Below are positions 1 through 8,516 of a stretch of 64,000 nt of DNA, piece by piece (position 1 is the first letter of the stretch; each line of letters begins with the position of its first letter). The stretch lies in contig DATKHC010000021.1 of assembly GCA_035510465.1 (NCBI GenBank), forward strand, positions 66,876 to 130,875, read 5' to 3'. The DNA comes from Candidatus Saccharimonadales bacterium. GTDB lineage: Bacteria; Patescibacteriota; Saccharimonadia; Saccharimonadales; DATKHC01. The notes beneath the pieces are model-generated. The model was not told the origin of the DNA and did no database searches. It was given only the letters and a program-made list of their open reading frames with translations. A program made the position numbers and the translations under genes.

Positions 1-1102
1 ACGCATCTCGTGCTTTAACTGCAGAGCTTAACTGGCCCTTTCCTCCGTCAATTAAAATAAGGTCTGGTTTGCCCCATTTTTTAGTGTTGGCTGGGCTTAG
101 CCTCCTTGAAATAGTTTCGTTCATATGCGCAAAATCATTATTCCCAGGCAGCCGCATCTTAAATTTTCGGTAAGCAGCCTTATCCGGTAGCCCATTTACA
201 AAGACAACTTGACTAGCAGTATTGTGAGTCCCCTGCTGATGACTTATATCGTAGCCCTCAATCCTTCGCGGTATACTTTCGAGCCCAAGAATTTCTGTTA
301 AGCCTGATAGGCCTTGGTCTTTATAAATATCGAGCGTTTCCTTGTCTGAAAAGACTACCCTCTGCGATAAAGCTTTAATGGCGCTCAGCTGATTCCTATA
401 TTTAGCAGCTAGCTCGAAATCTTTACGGGCTGCAGCTTTTCTCATTTGCTTTTCAATTGAGTTCATTAGTTTTGAGCGCTCACCACGCAAATATTGAATT
501 AGTTTGCGCAAGTTTGCTCTATATTCCTCAAGACTAGTTTTGTTTTCCTCTAAACCTGGGCATAGTCCCAAATGATACTGCAGACAAACCCGTTTAGGAA
601 TTACACCTGTGTGGGTTGAGTATGGGAAAGCTCGTCTCAAATATTTCAGCGCCCTCTTAGTTGCAAAAGCTGAGAAATAAGGTCCAAAATACTTTGCCCC
701 ATCGTCTAGAGGACGACGCGTAAAACTTATTGAAGGGTAAGAGTCAGAGTAGTTAATTCGAACGTAGACTAAACTTTTGTCATCTCTCAGTAGAATGTTA
801 TATCTTGGTAAGTATCTACGAACTAGCTCTGCTTCCAAAAAAAGAGCATCCAACTCAGTTTCAACTTCTATATATTCAAGATCGGCGATTTCTGATATCA
901 GAAGATCCGTTTTTTGATCACGAGCCCGACTTTTTTGAAAGTATTGATTAACGCGATTCTTAAGAACTGCTGCCTTACCTATATAAATAATCTCACCGGC
1001 TTTATCTTTGAAGAAATAAACTCCTGGCGATTTGGGCAGTTCTGCCCTTTTCTTGGATATTAAGCTATTTATCTTCAGTTGGCTCAGCTTTGGCTTCTTC
1101 AC
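1..1102 (-). CDS. uvrC: Excinuclease ABC subunit C (UvrC), N-terminal part; the 3' end lies beyond the window start
   Basis: My reverse translation reads (GTG)KKPKLSQLKINSLISKKRAELPKSPGVYFFKDKAGEIIYIGKAAVLKNRVNQYFQKSRARDQKT...LEYIEVETELDALFLEAELVRRYLPRYNILLRDDKS. This is the GIY-YIG N-terminus typical of UvrC. GTG at 1100-1102 has GGAG 9 nt upstream. The frame has no stop inside the window, so it is absent from the ORF track. It overlaps the rplY 3' end by 38 nt. Confidence 0.85.
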   Translation of the reverse strand, partial: MKKPKLSQLKINSLISKKRAELPKSPGVYFFKDKAGEIIYIGKAAVLKNRVNQYFQKSRARDQKTDLLISEIADLEYIEVETELDALFLEAELVRRYLPRYNILLRDDKSLVYVRINYSDSYPSISFTRRPLDDGAKYFGPYFSAFATKRALKYLRRAFPYSTHTGVIPKRVCLQYHLGLCPGLEENKTSLEEYRANLRKLIQYLRGERSKLMNSIEKQMRKAAARKDFELAAKYRNQLSAIKALSQRVVFSDKETLDIYKDQGLSGLTEILGLESIPRRIEGYDISHQQGTHNTASQVVFVNGLPDKAAYRKFKMRLPGNNDFAHMNETISRRLSPANTKKWGKPDLILIDGGKGQLSSAVKARDA

Positions 1103-1757
1103 CTGATTCGGCTCCACCTTCAGTTTCTTCGCCACCTTCGCCTTCAGCAGCCTCAGCTTGCGCCTGTGCTTCTTCAGCAGCAGCTTCTTCAGCAAGTTGC
1201 GCTTTCGATTCTTCAACAGATGCGATTAGCGTTTCGGGCTCGGTCAGAAGAGTTACACCAACAGGTATATCTAGATCAGAAACATTTATCTTATCTCCAA
1301 TTTCAACTAGTTTGCCAGCGTCAACCTTAAGTTCATCCGGTAAGTCTTTTGGCAGAGCCTCAACTTCCACGTGAGACAAATGGGTAATGACAAGTAGTCC
1401 GGCTTTTTCAGCTGGGATATCACCAAAGACCACTACTGGTACTTCTGTTTCTACTTTCTCGTCCTGACGAATAGCCTGGAAGACTACGTGAAAGATGCGG
1501 TTCTTTACTGGGTCATAGCTAACGTCTTTGATAATAGCCAAGTTGCGACTGTTACCCACGCTCAACTGAACTGGATGGTGTTTACCAGCCTGTTCGTAAA
1601 CCTTAGCTAATTTTTGATACTGACTCATCACATGAACCGAGGGTTTGCCATGATCATGTATTACCGCAGGAATAAATCCTTCAGCTCTTAATTTTCCAAG
1701 GCCTTTTCTAATTACAGTTCTTTCTTGCAATTCTAAACCAATATCCTGATCACTCAT
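1065..1757 (-). CDS. rplY: Ribosomal protein L25, Ctc (long) form, with an acidic E/A-rich tail
   Basis: The 230-aa ORF contains RKGLGKLRAEGFIPAVIHDHGKPSVHV...HPVQLSVGN...IKDVSYDPVKNRIFHVVFQAI...VEALPKDLPDEL, the L25/Ctc pattern. Confidence 0.9.
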   Translation of the reverse strand: MSDQDIGLELQERTVIRKGLGKLRAEGFIPAVIHDHGKPSVHVMSQYQKLAKVYEQAGKHHPVQLSVGNSRNLAIIKDVSYDPVKNRIFHVVFQAIRQDEKVETEVPVVVFGDIPAEKAGLLVITHLSHVEVEALPKDLPDELKVDAGKLVEIGDKINVSDLDIPVGVTLLTEPETLIASVEESKAQLAEEAAAEEAQAQAEAAEGEGGEETEGGAESGEEAKAEPTEDK

Positions 1758-1842
1758 CTGTTACTTCCTTAATTTGACCAAATTTGTATATGGTATTATA
1801 AGCGAAGTTTCACTAATCGCCTAGTTCTCTGACCTCTAATCC

Positions 1843-2493
1843 ATGTATTTAGCTATATTTAACCTAAACCATTTTCTTCAGCATAGCCGCCCAGGACTAG
1901 GTGTTTTAGTAGTAGCAGTTATAGTTTTTTTAGAATCTGGTATACCAATTGGTTTTTTCCTACCAGGAGATACGATGCTTTTTTCTGCAGGTTTTTTTGC
2001 CTCCCAACACTACCTCCCGCTAGATTGGTTAATCTTTAGTGTTATCGTCGCAAAGCTACTTGGTAGTAACGTTGGTTATGTGATTGGCAAAACAGCTGGT
2101 CGAAAATTATTTTCAAAACCCGGCAGTGTGTTTTTCCGAAGTGACTTTTTAGATAGTGCGGAAGCATTTTATGAAAAACACGGAGGGAAAACAGTCACAA
2201 TTGGTCAATTTATACCTGTTATTCGAACTTTTACTCCAGTTGTTGCCGGGATAGCTAAAATGAAACAGAAAACTTTTTTAATTTATAACTTCATAGGGGC
2301 TGTGGCTTGGGGGGGTTTAATTATTGTTTTGGGCTATGAAATTGGTAATAGGATACCAAATATTGATAAATACCTGCTTCCGGCTGTGATACTGGCAATG
2401 CTGTTTGCCTTTGCCCCAGCTGGTTGGCATCTTTTTGGCAAAAAAGACAGCCGAGATCGAATTAAGCAGGCTATTAGGAATCGAAAAAAGTAG
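1843..2493 (+). CDS. DedA/SNARE-associated family membrane protein
   Basis: FLESGIPIGFFLPGDTMLFSAGFFA and IGQFIPVIRTFTPVVAGIAKM are DedA signatures. The protein has multiple TM helices. Confidence 0.8.
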   Translation: MYLAIFNLNHFLQHSRPGLGVLVVAVIVFLESGIPIGFFLPGDTMLFSAGFFASQHYLPLDWLIFSVIVAKLLGSNVGYVIGKTAGRKLFSKPGSVFFRSDFLDSAEAFYEKHGGKTVTIGQFIPVIRTFTPVVAGIAKMKQKTFLIYNFIGAVAWGGLIIVLGYEIGNRIPNIDKYLLPAVILAMLFAFAPAGWHLFGKKDSRDRIKQAIRNRKK

Positions 2494-2497
2494 CTAT

Positions 2498-3490
2498 TTA
2501 TCCACCGACGTAGCCACCTGCATATTGGAACAAGAAATAAGCCCAAGTAATACCTAAAAGTATCGTGGCCAATGAATAAGCCACTTTTTTGTTCCTCAGA
2601 TATTCGTAAAGCATAAACTGCAAAGGGAAGGCCATGAGCACATATCTGTTAAAACCTCCGAATTGTTTACCCAGTATGGGGATACAAATAAATAAGAAAG
2701 AATATATGGCAAAGCTTTTTCTGCGTTTCCACCAATAAATTACGGATACAACCAGCAACAACATAAAAATGATATTAAACAGATCAACCGAGTTGAAAAT
2801 ATCTAGATAGCTTCCCTTAAACCAGCCGTGCGACTTCTGAGAAGAGATAAAAGCAAAAGGCTTACTGAAATGAACAGCCAAATAGTACATATAACTAAGT
2901 AAACCAATGCTGCCTATTAACATCGATGTAATAACACGCTGGATGCTTTGTTTTTGTTCAAATAGGATTAGTCCAATGAGCAGAACCACAAAAATACCAT
3001 TTATGTGAGTGGCACTACAAAATAGAGCAAACAAGCCAGCAGCTAAATATCTATTCTTAAGAGCAAAGTAGATTGCCCCAAGAGAAAGAAATGCAAACAT
3101 GCTTTCTGTATATGTGGCTAGCAAGAAAACCGCAGTCGGGAAAAATACGAAAAAGATAAGGCTGCGCAGAGCTTCTAGATTGTCGGTTATCTTAAAAAGA
3201 GATTTAGCTATTTTTAAATAGAAATAGATTGCTCCAAAAAGGCAAAGCCAACTGATAATCAGGGCACTATCAAGCTCGGAGCTGACAAAAAAATTAACTA
3301 CGTGTATTGCTAGAGGATATAGAGGGAAGAAATTCGTTTGAACTACCGCGTTATAACCAGATTTTGCAATCATTAGATAATTTGGCCCATCCCAGTTTGA
3401 CAAAAAACTCAGACGGTTACTTGGTTCGAGGAGGTAGTGGGATGCAGGATCGGGGTTGCGTATAACAACTTTGTTGTTATACCAGCCCAA
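2498..3490 (-). CDS. Polytopic membrane protein, GT-C-type (mannosyltransferase/PMT_2-like) glycosyltransferase candidate
   Basis: About 9 TM helices with aromatic-rich loops. The frame stays open upstream to 3589, adding (ATT)NIKLSKLKQVVLRKDTLLAALITVILVFFSVF, which is a basic N-terminus plus TM1. An AGGAGA at 3596-3601 precedes it, so the true start is probably upstream of the tracked TTG. Confidence 0.55.
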   Translation of the reverse strand: MGWYNNKVVIRNPDPASHYLLEPSNRLSFLSNWDGPNYLMIAKSGYNAVVQTNFFPLYPLAIHVVNFFVSSELDSALIISWLCLFGAIYFYLKIAKSLFKITDNLEALRSLIFFVFFPTAVFLLATYTESMFAFLSLGAIYFALKNRYLAAGLFALFCSATHINGIFVVLLIGLILFEQKQSIQRVITSMLIGSIGLLSYMYYLAVHFSKPFAFISSQKSHGWFKGSYLDIFNSVDLFNIIFMLLLVVSVIYWWKRRKSFAIYSFLFICIPILGKQFGGFNRYVLMAFPLQFMLYEYLRNKKVAYSLATILLGITWAYFLFQYAGGYVGG

Positions 3491-3752
3491 AAAAACGCTA
3501 AAAAAAACTAGAATTACGGTTATAAGTGCCGCAAGTAATGTATCTTTTCGAAGAACTACTTGTTTTAGCTTGGAAAGTTTTATATTAATCTCTCTTCTCC
3601 TAACTATCCTGCTCTATACCCCGCTATGAGATTTACTCAGGTTAAAACAAGTTAGTTAATATTTTAAGAAATTCTATCCCCACTAACTTATACTTTAGCT
3701 GAACATTCAAATATTTCGTTATACCAGATGCTCGGCGGTTGGGTAAACGAAC

Positions 3753-4631
3753 TTATTCAGCTTTTTTGATCAGCAGTTTGTCTTTTGCATGCAGGCTAAT
3801 GATTAAAATCAATGCTAGTCCCAAGAAAACTAAGTAAACTGAACGATCGATTACGTTAGCAACAATTATGTTGGCGCTACTAATATGATGCAGTCGTTCG
3901 CTTAGAACCAAGAAGGATTCACGGATACCAATTGCTCCTGGCGTAAGAGCTACGAACAATGCAAGGTTTGCTATTCCTGAGTAGGCAATCGCCTGATGAA
4001 CCGCGATGTGCTTGTTCGCATTATGAAGTTCAATAAAGTAGATTATAAATTGAAGTAGTAACTGAGAAAGAGTGACTAGCCAAAGAAGTCCTACGTTCAA
4101 GAAATTCAAGTTTAGTTTTGTCTTACGAAGTACCGATCTATCCTTAAGCATATTTACGACAGGGAAACTCAACCCAACAACTACGGCTGAGGCTAGAGCT
4201 GTTTGCCACCATGGTCGGCTACCCGCCAATACAAAACAAATACTTAGAAGACCATACATAGCGTAGTAAAGAAGGCTGCCAGCTATATAATTACGGAATA
4301 GAAGGTTTCGACGTTTTTTTAGGTAAATACCCCTGAATGCCGGTCCACCTTGTCCTGGAATGAAAAAATTAATAAACAGTGAATAGGCGTTTAAAAGCAC
4401 ATTTTCTTGTTTACCTATTGGGCTGTAGCAAATCTTAAGAATTACGCCCAGAATTAGAACAAGAACCCCAAAAATTAAAATATAAAGTGCCACAAGTAAT
4501 AGGATTATTAATAGGGACACGTGCGATAGCTGAGTCAGTAAGCTGCGATGTTTTAGTAGATATTGTAAAATGATATAGACTGCAGTGAGAGTTGCAAGCA
4601 GGCTTATGGCTAATCGCAAATTTTTTTTCAT
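3753..4631 (-). CDS. Flippase-like / lysylphosphatidylglycerol-synthase-TM-like (UPF0104-type) membrane protein
   Basis: 292 aa with ~8 TM helices and the N-terminus MKKNLRLAISLLATL. The gene lies in a glycosyltransferase neighbourhood. The call is by family resemblance only. Confidence 0.45.
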   Translation of the reverse strand: MKKNLRLAISLLATLTAVYIILQYLLKHRSLLTQLSHVSLLIILLLVALYILIFGVLVLILGVILKICYSPIGKQENVLLNAYSLFINFFIPGQGGPAFRGIYLKKRRNLLFRNYIAGSLLYYAMYGLLSICFVLAGSRPWWQTALASAVVVGLSFPVVNMLKDRSVLRKTKLNLNFLNVGLLWLVTLSQLLLQFIIYFIELHNANKHIAVHQAIAYSGIANLALFVALTPGAIGIRESFLVLSERLHHISSANIIVANVIDRSVYLVFLGLALILIISLHAKDKLLIKKAE

Positions 4632-4724
4632 GGGTCCAATTGTACTCTATGCCTCAGCTGGACAATATGAAATAAGTCCAGCTAATAAAAAGATTGAACA
4701 GTGTAAAATTCTTAAATATTATCC

Positions 4725-6257
4725 ATGTTAGCAGATGTAATCAATAAAATTGCTGGATTAATAAGAAGTAGACGATTTTTATTAATCGTTCTGGCCTTTT
4801 TCATATTTGAGTCTATTTGGATTGCTTTCTCTGCTGTTTATCCTCAAGCTTTCGATGAAAATTTCCACTTTGGGTTAATACAGATTTACTCTCACTACTG
4901 GCTACCCTTCTTAAATCATCAGCCGCCTAATGCCAACGCTTTCGGAGCAGTAGCTAGAGACCCCTCATACCTATATCACTATCTTATGAGCTTTCCTTAC
5001 CGCTTTATTGCTCTTTTTACGCACAGTCAAACTGTTCAAATAATACTTCTCAGATTAATCGATATAGTACTATTCGGCATCGGCCTTGTGTTGTTCCACA
5101 AAGCTTTAATCAGAGCTGGTTTTTCTAGATCCATCGCCAATGTAAGCATTTTATTCTTCGTACTGATTCCAGTCGTCCCACAACTTGCAGCCCAGATTAA
5201 CTACGATGACTTACTATTTCCGTTAGTATCCTGGACTTGTTTGCTAAGCTTTGATGTTATAGGTGAGCTCAAAAGGAAACGACCATCCACCCGAACTATC
5301 CTTACTTGGAGCATTGTCTGTCTTTTTACTGGAATGGTAAAGTACGCATTTCTGCCTATATTCCTTGCTGAGTTTTTATTTTTAGGAATAATGGCTTATC
5401 GGACGTACAAAGGTAAGCTCAAGACTTTTTTCACACAACTGCTCCAAAGTTTTACTAAACTATCACACTTAACTAAGACGCTTCTTGTTGCGCTGCTGCT
5501 TCTGGGGGTAGGATTGTTTATACAAAGAGATGGGGTAAATTTGATCAAATATCACTCGATAGCCCCTAACTGTGCATCTGTTTTAAATGTTCATGACTGC
5601 AGCGCGTATAGTGCCTGGGACTACAACTACAACCAACACCTTCAAGTTTCCGCAAAAACTATCTCAGCCTCCGACAACCTTGCCGAATACACTGGGAATT
5701 GGCTGTACTGGATGTGGTACCGACTGTTTTTCGCAGTTAATGGGCCAAACAGCGCATTCACAAATTACCCACCACTACCAATACCAAGTGCCACCGCCGC
5801 ATTGATTGGAGTTGCAGGAATAGGTGCGATCATTAAATGGCGGAGAAGATTATTCCATAACAATCCCTACACTGTTTTTCTGGTCGTAATATCTTTGATA
5901 TACGTGTTAGTTTTGTTCCTTCAAGGCTATTCGTCTTATCGATATACAGCTATCTTAGAAAACCAAAACGGCCGCTATCTGCTCCCCATTTTGATCCTAG
6001 TCACCGCCGTAGCAGCGCAAGCATTTAACTTCTGGCTGCGTAAACGTCTTGTTTCTAAAGTGGTATTAGTTGTCCTGGTTCTAGCGCTCTTCTTACAAGG
6101 TGGAGGCTTTTTAACCTTTATTACGCGGAGTGACCCCACCTGGGACTGGTCGAATTCAACAGTATTGAAGGTCAACAATACAGCACGCAAGATAACCAAC
6201 AAGGTCGTAGTAAACGGTAGTAAGTCTTATTCAACGAGTCGGTGGTTCTTCAACTAA
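4725..6257 (+). CDS. Large polytopic membrane protein, GT-C-like glycosyltransferase candidate (DUF2142-like)
   Basis: 510 aa with more than 10 TM helices. AFDENFHFGLIQ sits after TM1, where GT-C enzymes carry an acidic loop motif. Confidence 0.4.
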   Translation: MLADVINKIAGLIRSRRFLLIVLAFFIFESIWIAFSAVYPQAFDENFHFGLIQIYSHYWLPFLNHQPPNANAFGAVARDPSYLYHYLMSFPYRFIALFTHSQTVQIILLRLIDIVLFGIGLVLFHKALIRAGFSRSIANVSILFFVLIPVVPQLAAQINYDDLLFPLVSWTCLLSFDVIGELKRKRPSTRTILTWSIVCLFTGMVKYAFLPIFLAEFLFLGIMAYRTYKGKLKTFFTQLLQSFTKLSHLTKTLLVALLLLGVGLFIQRDGVNLIKYHSIAPNCASVLNVHDCSAYSAWDYNYNQHLQVSAKTISASDNLAEYTGNWLYWMWYRLFFAVNGPNSAFTNYPPLPIPSATAALIGVAGIGAIIKWRRRLFHNNPYTVFLVVISLIYVLVLFLQGYSSYRYTAILENQNGRYLLPILILVTAVAAQAFNFWLRKRLVSKVVLVVLVLALFLQGGGFLTFITRSDPTWDWSNSTVLKVNNTARKITNKVVVNGSKSYSTSRWFFN

Positions 6258-6266
6258 CTAAATCTT

Positions 6267-7205
6267 CTAACTAGCGTTTTTCTTAACACCCTCTAGAATA
6301 TCTTCGAGCAAAGATCTATTAATTCTAATGAGGTCTGCGATAAGACCGAGTGCGAATGATATAAATGAAGCGATCAGTAGTACTGAGCCAATGATAAGTG
6401 ACTGTAAGTGCTGCCCGGGATGATTATGTGTTAGGTACAAGATTAAATAACGTACGAATGGAACTAGACCCAACACTAGAAAGGTTAAGCCAAACGATAA
6501 GAATATTGCGTAGGGCTTATACATAATGAAGCCACGAACAATTGTTATACTTGACCTCCTGACGTGTTGCCAGGATGACTTAAATTGCCGCGAGTCACGC
6601 AACTTCGGATTCGTCTCTATTGGGATACTAACTATTGCTAGCTTCTTACGTGAAGCCTGAATTGTGGTCTCAGTTGCCCAACTATAGTCCGCTACAGGAT
6701 TCAGTTGCATAGCAGCACTCCTGGTATAAGCTCGGAAACCACTAATTGCATCTGGGACATTAGTGCCAGCGGCAACGTTAAGAACCCTGGTGCCGAGTTT
6801 TTGTAGAAGTTTTTTAGTAGGCGAGAAGTGCTTAATCGTTTGCGTCATTCTATCGGCAATCACGATGTCTGCTTTGCCGTCCAGTATTGGTTGAATAAGT
6901 TCCGAGATACGTTCTTGTTTGTACTGGTTATCACCTTCTGTCATTACAATAATGTCAGCCCCAAGTTCTAGAGCTCTATTAAGACCATGACGAAAAGTTC
7001 TGCTTAAGCCCTGTCTAACGGTGTGGTGCAAAAACTGTTTCACTCCTAGTTGCTTAGCGACCTCAACAGTCCGATCAGTAGACCCGTCATCAACTAGAAG
7101 AATCTCTATGTTGTCGATCCCAGGGATATGCTTCGGGATTGTCCTTAATACTAACGGTAGAGTCTCTTCTTCATTTAGGCACGGTATAAAAATAACTAAT
7201 TTCAT
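6267..7205 (-). CDS. Family 2 glycosyltransferase (polyprenyl-phosphate sugar synthase/GtrB-like) with C-terminal TM helices
   Basis: MKLVIFIPCLNEEETLP...LLVDDGSTDRT...TEGDNQY is a GT2 DXD-type fold, with 2 C-terminal TM helices. Confidence 0.85.
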   Translation of the reverse strand: MKLVIFIPCLNEEETLPLVLRTIPKHIPGIDNIEILLVDDGSTDRTVEVAKQLGVKQFLHHTVRQGLSRTFRHGLNRALELGADIIVMTEGDNQYKQERISELIQPILDGKADIVIADRMTQTIKHFSPTKKLLQKLGTRVLNVAAGTNVPDAISGFRAYTRSAAMQLNPVADYSWATETTIQASRKKLAIVSIPIETNPKLRDSRQFKSSWQHVRRSSITIVRGFIMYKPYAIFLSFGLTFLVLGLVPFVRYLILYLTHNHPGQHLQSLIIGSVLLIASFISFALGLIADLIRINRSLLEDILEGVKKNAS

Positions 7206-7235
7206 CTTTGTCTCCAGATTCTTAAGCCATTTTAG

Positions 7236-8399
7236 CTAACTTCTCCACTTCGAACTAGGAGGAATCATTGATTTATCAATCCGATCAGCATATTTTTTTG
7301 CAATATCCGTAACTTCGTCAAGTAGGCCTTCGGAAAGTGTGATTGGCTTAAGGCCTAGTTTTAAGAATCTTCGGTTATCTACTGCCAAATCATTCCTAGG
7401 TGACTCTGCTCTTGGGTTTTCAAGATATCTGATCTCAACTCCGGTAATCTTTGAAACCAGTTTAGCTAGATCTAGAATTTTATGTGTTTCGGTAGATTGA
7501 TTAAATATGGTAGGTTTATCACCTTTAACGGTTTTTGTACGTAGCGCAATCTCAATACACCGAACGGTATCTCGGATATGAATAAACGCTCTGGTTTGGC
7601 CACCCTTACCGTAAACGGTTAGCGGATATCCAATAGCAGATTCCATTAAAAATCTATTCAGAACTGTTCCGTAATCACTGTCGTAGTCAAAGCGATTGAT
7701 CAGTTTTTCATCCATCGCAGTCTCTGGCGTTTGAGTTCCCCAAACAATACCTTGATGAAGATCAGTTATTCGGACCCCATCATTCTTGGCGTAAAAGGCA
7801 AATAGCAGCTGATCAAGCGTTTTAGTCATATGGTATATAGAGCCTGGGTTAGTTGGGTGAAGAATTTCTCTCGAAACCAGTCCCTTAGGAGTTTTTACTT
7901 TCACTTCCAAGTATCCTTCTGGTATTGGAGTCGAATCTAACCAACCGTACCCATAAACCCCCATAGTACCAAGATGTACGACGTGGGCATCGAGTTTGAG
8001 TTCTACTAGAGCACATAGCAAGTTATGGGTTGCGTTAACATTGTTATCGACTGTGTAGCGCTTAGTCGACGGTGATTTCATCGAATATGGAGCAGCCCGC
8101 TGCTCCCCGAAGTGCACAATCGCATCTGGTTTGTGTTTGGCAAGTAACTTAACTAACTTTTCGTAATCTTGAGCGATGTCTACAAATTCAAAATTAATAT
8201 CCTTACCGGATACCTTCTTCCAGGTGGCTATTCTCGTACCGATAGTAGTAATAGGCGTTAACGATTGAACACCTAGATCTATATCGATTTTTCGACGGCT
8301 TAAATTATCAAAGATTACGACAGCGTGGCCTAGGTTAGATAAATGAAGAGATGTGGGCCAACCGCAAAAGCCATCCCCTCCTAAGATCACAACTTTCAT
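7236..8399 (-). CDS. sqdB: NAD-dependent SDR epimerase/dehydratase, UDP-sulfoquinovose synthase (SqdB/Agl3)-like
   Basis: The N-terminus MKVVILGGDGFCGWPTSLHLSNLGHAVVIFDNLSRRKIDIDLGVQSLTPI closely follows the SQD1/SqdB signature (GGDGYCGW...DNL.RR..D.ELG..SLTPI). It also has YHMTK catalytic Y/K. Confidence 0.65.
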   Translation of the reverse strand: MKVVILGGDGFCGWPTSLHLSNLGHAVVIFDNLSRRKIDIDLGVQSLTPITTIGTRIATWKKVSGKDINFEFVDIAQDYEKLVKLLAKHKPDAIVHFGEQRAAPYSMKSPSTKRYTVDNNVNATHNLLCALVELKLDAHVVHLGTMGVYGYGWLDSTPIPEGYLEVKVKTPKGLVSREILHPTNPGSIYHMTKTLDQLLFAFYAKNDGVRITDLHQGIVWGTQTPETAMDEKLINRFDYDSDYGTVLNRFLMESAIGYPLTVYGKGGQTRAFIHIRDTVRCIEIALRTKTVKGDKPTIFNQSTETHKILDLAKLVSKITGVEIRYLENPRAESPRNDLAVDNRRFLKLGLKPITLSEGLLDEVTDIAKKYADRIDKSMIPPSSKWRS

Positions 8400-8516
8400 G
8401 AAACGTATTTAGAAACCAAAATCCTCTTTATAAAATTTACATACTTAATTATGCCACTAATCGTAAAATACCATACTGTCGTTTCGCTGTACATGCGCTA
8501 ACTCCTTGGCGCAATC

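Noticed and set aside
1079-1374. Plus-strand ORFs 1079..1330 and 1090..1374
   Set aside because: They are antisense shadows of the acidic, GA-rich rplY tail and the uvrC start. The sequences are low complexity with no independent signals.
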